In this document: piece by piece, positions 61,729-64,000 of the stretch | Layout: each line of letters starts with the position of its first letter | How positions within the stretch are numbered: position 1 is the stretch's first letter | From: Nymphaea colorata | Taxonomy: Eukaryota | DNA: 64,000 nt | Direction: 5' to 3' | Assembly (NCBI RefSeq): GCF_008831285.2 | Contig: NC_045138.2 | Span: 37,076,001-37,140,000, forward strand | Position numbers and translations under genes: made by a program | Notes under the pieces: generated by a model | The model's database searches: none | Seen by the model: only the letters and a program-made list of their open reading frames with translations | What the model was told of the DNA's origin: nothing

Positions 61729-63645
61729 AAATGCTGGAATCATCGGCGTCTACCGGAAAATCTTCTGCCAGAGCAATAGGGGCTCTCCTTAATTGATCCC
61801 CCCTGCTGTTTGGCACCATAAGTGTTGTAGGGCAAAAGCCTTCCCTCCCCTCGTGCATGTGGATACAACTTTCTTGGGAGTTTCCTTTTTTTGTTTATAT
61901 GGAAAATTTTCATTTTTGTCCCTCCATATGATGGTAAATATTCTAATCTCTTGTTGAAATGTAAAATACCAGCTTGAATGCTGTAATTTAGCTTCTTCCT
62001 TTTAAGTTTTAACGGCATCATTTTAGAACGTGTAATCGACAAGAAAGAACATGAGAATTTAGGCTTGGCTTGTGTAATTCACCTGATGGATCACCTTAGA
62101 GTAAAGTGGATCTCTCTCTCTCTCTCTCCCAACATGGTAGTTGCTTACCCTTAATTTCTGTGACTCCTGCAGTTGCCAGTGACCTACCATGAATACCGGC
62201 AAATGAAAAGCAGTTGGGAAATGGCAGTAGCCGGGGACCGTTTTGAGAGACGCTCGATATATTTTTCATGGTGATGACAGTCCCAAGGTTTCCAGCAATG
62301 CTATCAGAATTGGTCGCAAAGGAAACATTGTACCTCGGTTGGAAATATGGGGTGCTAATTTATTTTATATTATTTATTAATTTTTTATAAAAATAATTAG
62401 AGAATCATCTGACCTGGTCTATGCGTCTTGGCGGTAGCGGATATTTGATAAGAGATTAAAAACGGGGGAAAATTGTTTTGACGCTAGTGGGAAGAAATTT
62501 ACGGAGGGTGTAGGTTTTCTAATAACTGTGCCTTGGGATGAACAGAAATGGTGGATGAAAACTTTGATTCAGTTTTACCGTTTTCTTTTCTGTTGGCGTT
62601 ATTTCTGTTTCAATTCAGAAGGCAGTTATTATCGTTAAAAGTTTTGTGAAAAAGTACATAAAATCCCAAAACACCCATTTTACACAGGCATGAATTATAA
62701 ATAATTTATAAATGTTTTTTGGTGAAAATATTTATAGACCAGCGATTGTTAAATGCTAATAAAAGCCACCTAAATATTTGTAATTATAATAGCTAGATCC
62801 ACTCGCACATTCGATTCAGGTTATTGGTTTGGGGAATTTTTTTAACTTGGCTTTTAGCAGTTTGGGTTGTAGTTCGTTTAGTCAATCCCTTTCATAAGCA
62901 CTTTAAGATTTCTCATAATCTTTAATACAAAATTAAACTTTTTGTAATCTAGTATTATGATCCACTATCCTTAAACCACACGACCCTAATGCAAGAATGT
63001 GAATTTAGCGTTCGACGAACATTAAAATGCTTTATCATGAAATGATCACTAAAATATCTTTCGAGTAATGAGATCAATAATCATCGATTCCAAATGCTGC
63101 ATTTTATATTTTATCACCTGCTCTAAGTTGTTATTAGTCATGGCGCAACTAAGACTGTGAAATTGCTAAATAAACATTTATTTCTGAGTTTTAACAAACA
63201 TCAGTTTGATTTAACTTAGTGGCATAGCCCAATTGTGCAACAATGACACTTTCAAAAATTTACATGATTACGCCCAAATTTTAATTAATAACAATAATAC
63301 GCTGAAAATTGGAAAGTTTTTTTGTGTAACCTATACATTAAAAAAAGGCATTTAATAGCCAGCTTATAAGTTTTAAATCATGGATGGAAACCACATCCAT
63401 ACATATTAAAAAATAAATGTTCTTAGATTTATTTGTAAAAGATAAGTACACGTGGGAAAAATTTCTGGCAACATTGTAACTGTTGTGTCTTTAAAGGGTT
63501 TTTTTCTGCAAGAAAGATAAAGTGCTAGGGCAAGCTTTTTAACCCAAAAATGGAGGCACCCAAGTGATCAGAGTGACTCTCTCTCTCTCTCTCTCTCTCT
63601 CTGTTTAGGGTTTTGCTTCTCTGGGGAAGGAGCAGAAGCGGCGCC

Positions 63646-63702
63646 ATGACTCAGACTCAAGAAGAGCTCCTCGCTACCCACCTGGAACAGCAGAAGCTTC
63701 AC
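63646..63702 (+). CDS. NACA: Nascent polypeptide-associated complex alpha subunit, first coding exon (gene continues beyond the window)
   Basis: GCCATG start encoding MTQTQEELLATHLEQQKLH, then donor GTAAGG. Resembles the plant NAC-alpha N-terminus (EELLAAHLEQQK). Preceded by (CT)n and a TTAGGGTTT telo-box typical of translation-related genes. Confidence 0.75.
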
Positions 63703-64000
63703 GTAAGGTTCTTCTTTTGTTTTTGTTTTTGTTTTTGTTTAGGTGTCTCCGTGCCGATGTTCTAGGGTTTTTGGTGTCTTGTGGTTTCTCTGTGAACGCG
63801 TTGTCCTTGAACGATTTGGAGTTTCTTTTACGGACGCTGCTGATGCTTATGTTGCTTTGCTGTATCAGTGTAAAAATCTTTTTTTCTTCTTCATAATTTT
63901 AATACCTTCTTGCAGGACCCATATTGGGTCTGCTGCTTTGAATGTGCGGGGGCGTCCTTTCTGTTTTTTAGTCTAATTCGGCTTTTATGGTTGAAGTTCA

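Noticed and set aside
61250..61792. 180-aa alternative-frame ORF over the SPT6 last exon
   Set aside because: A by-product of GGT/GGA-rich Gly codons. Splice phase supports the Gly/WG frame.

Overview
Flowering-plant nuclear genomic DNA: spliceosomal introns, AT-rich intergenic DNA, microsatellites and MITEs. The species cannot be determined from the sequence alone. I built intron/exon models by hand for six complete genes and the first exon of a seventh. In order they are: two tandem, diverged paralogs of a double-UBA-domain protein (+; CDS in one exon behind a ~2.5 kb 5'UTR intron), plastid MEP-pathway kinase ISPE (-, 11 exons), 4-alpha-glucanotransferase DPE2 (-, 22 exons), a DUF7036-like Pro/His-rich membrane protein (-, 5 exons), SPT6-like elongation factor with a WG/GW tail (+, 17 exons) and NAC-alpha (+, exon 1 only). 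The best-supported oddities are a minor-spliceosome AT-AC intron in DPE2, a long foldback found only in the second UBA paralog's intron, and two unexplained GC-rich intergenic hairpins. Also notable are uORFs in the ISPE and DUF7036-like leaders and a possible dual-anchor (N-terminal TM plus C-terminal GPI-like) topology for the DUF7036-like protein. I found no convincing wholly new multi-gene system, and no rRNA, tRNA or CRISPR array.
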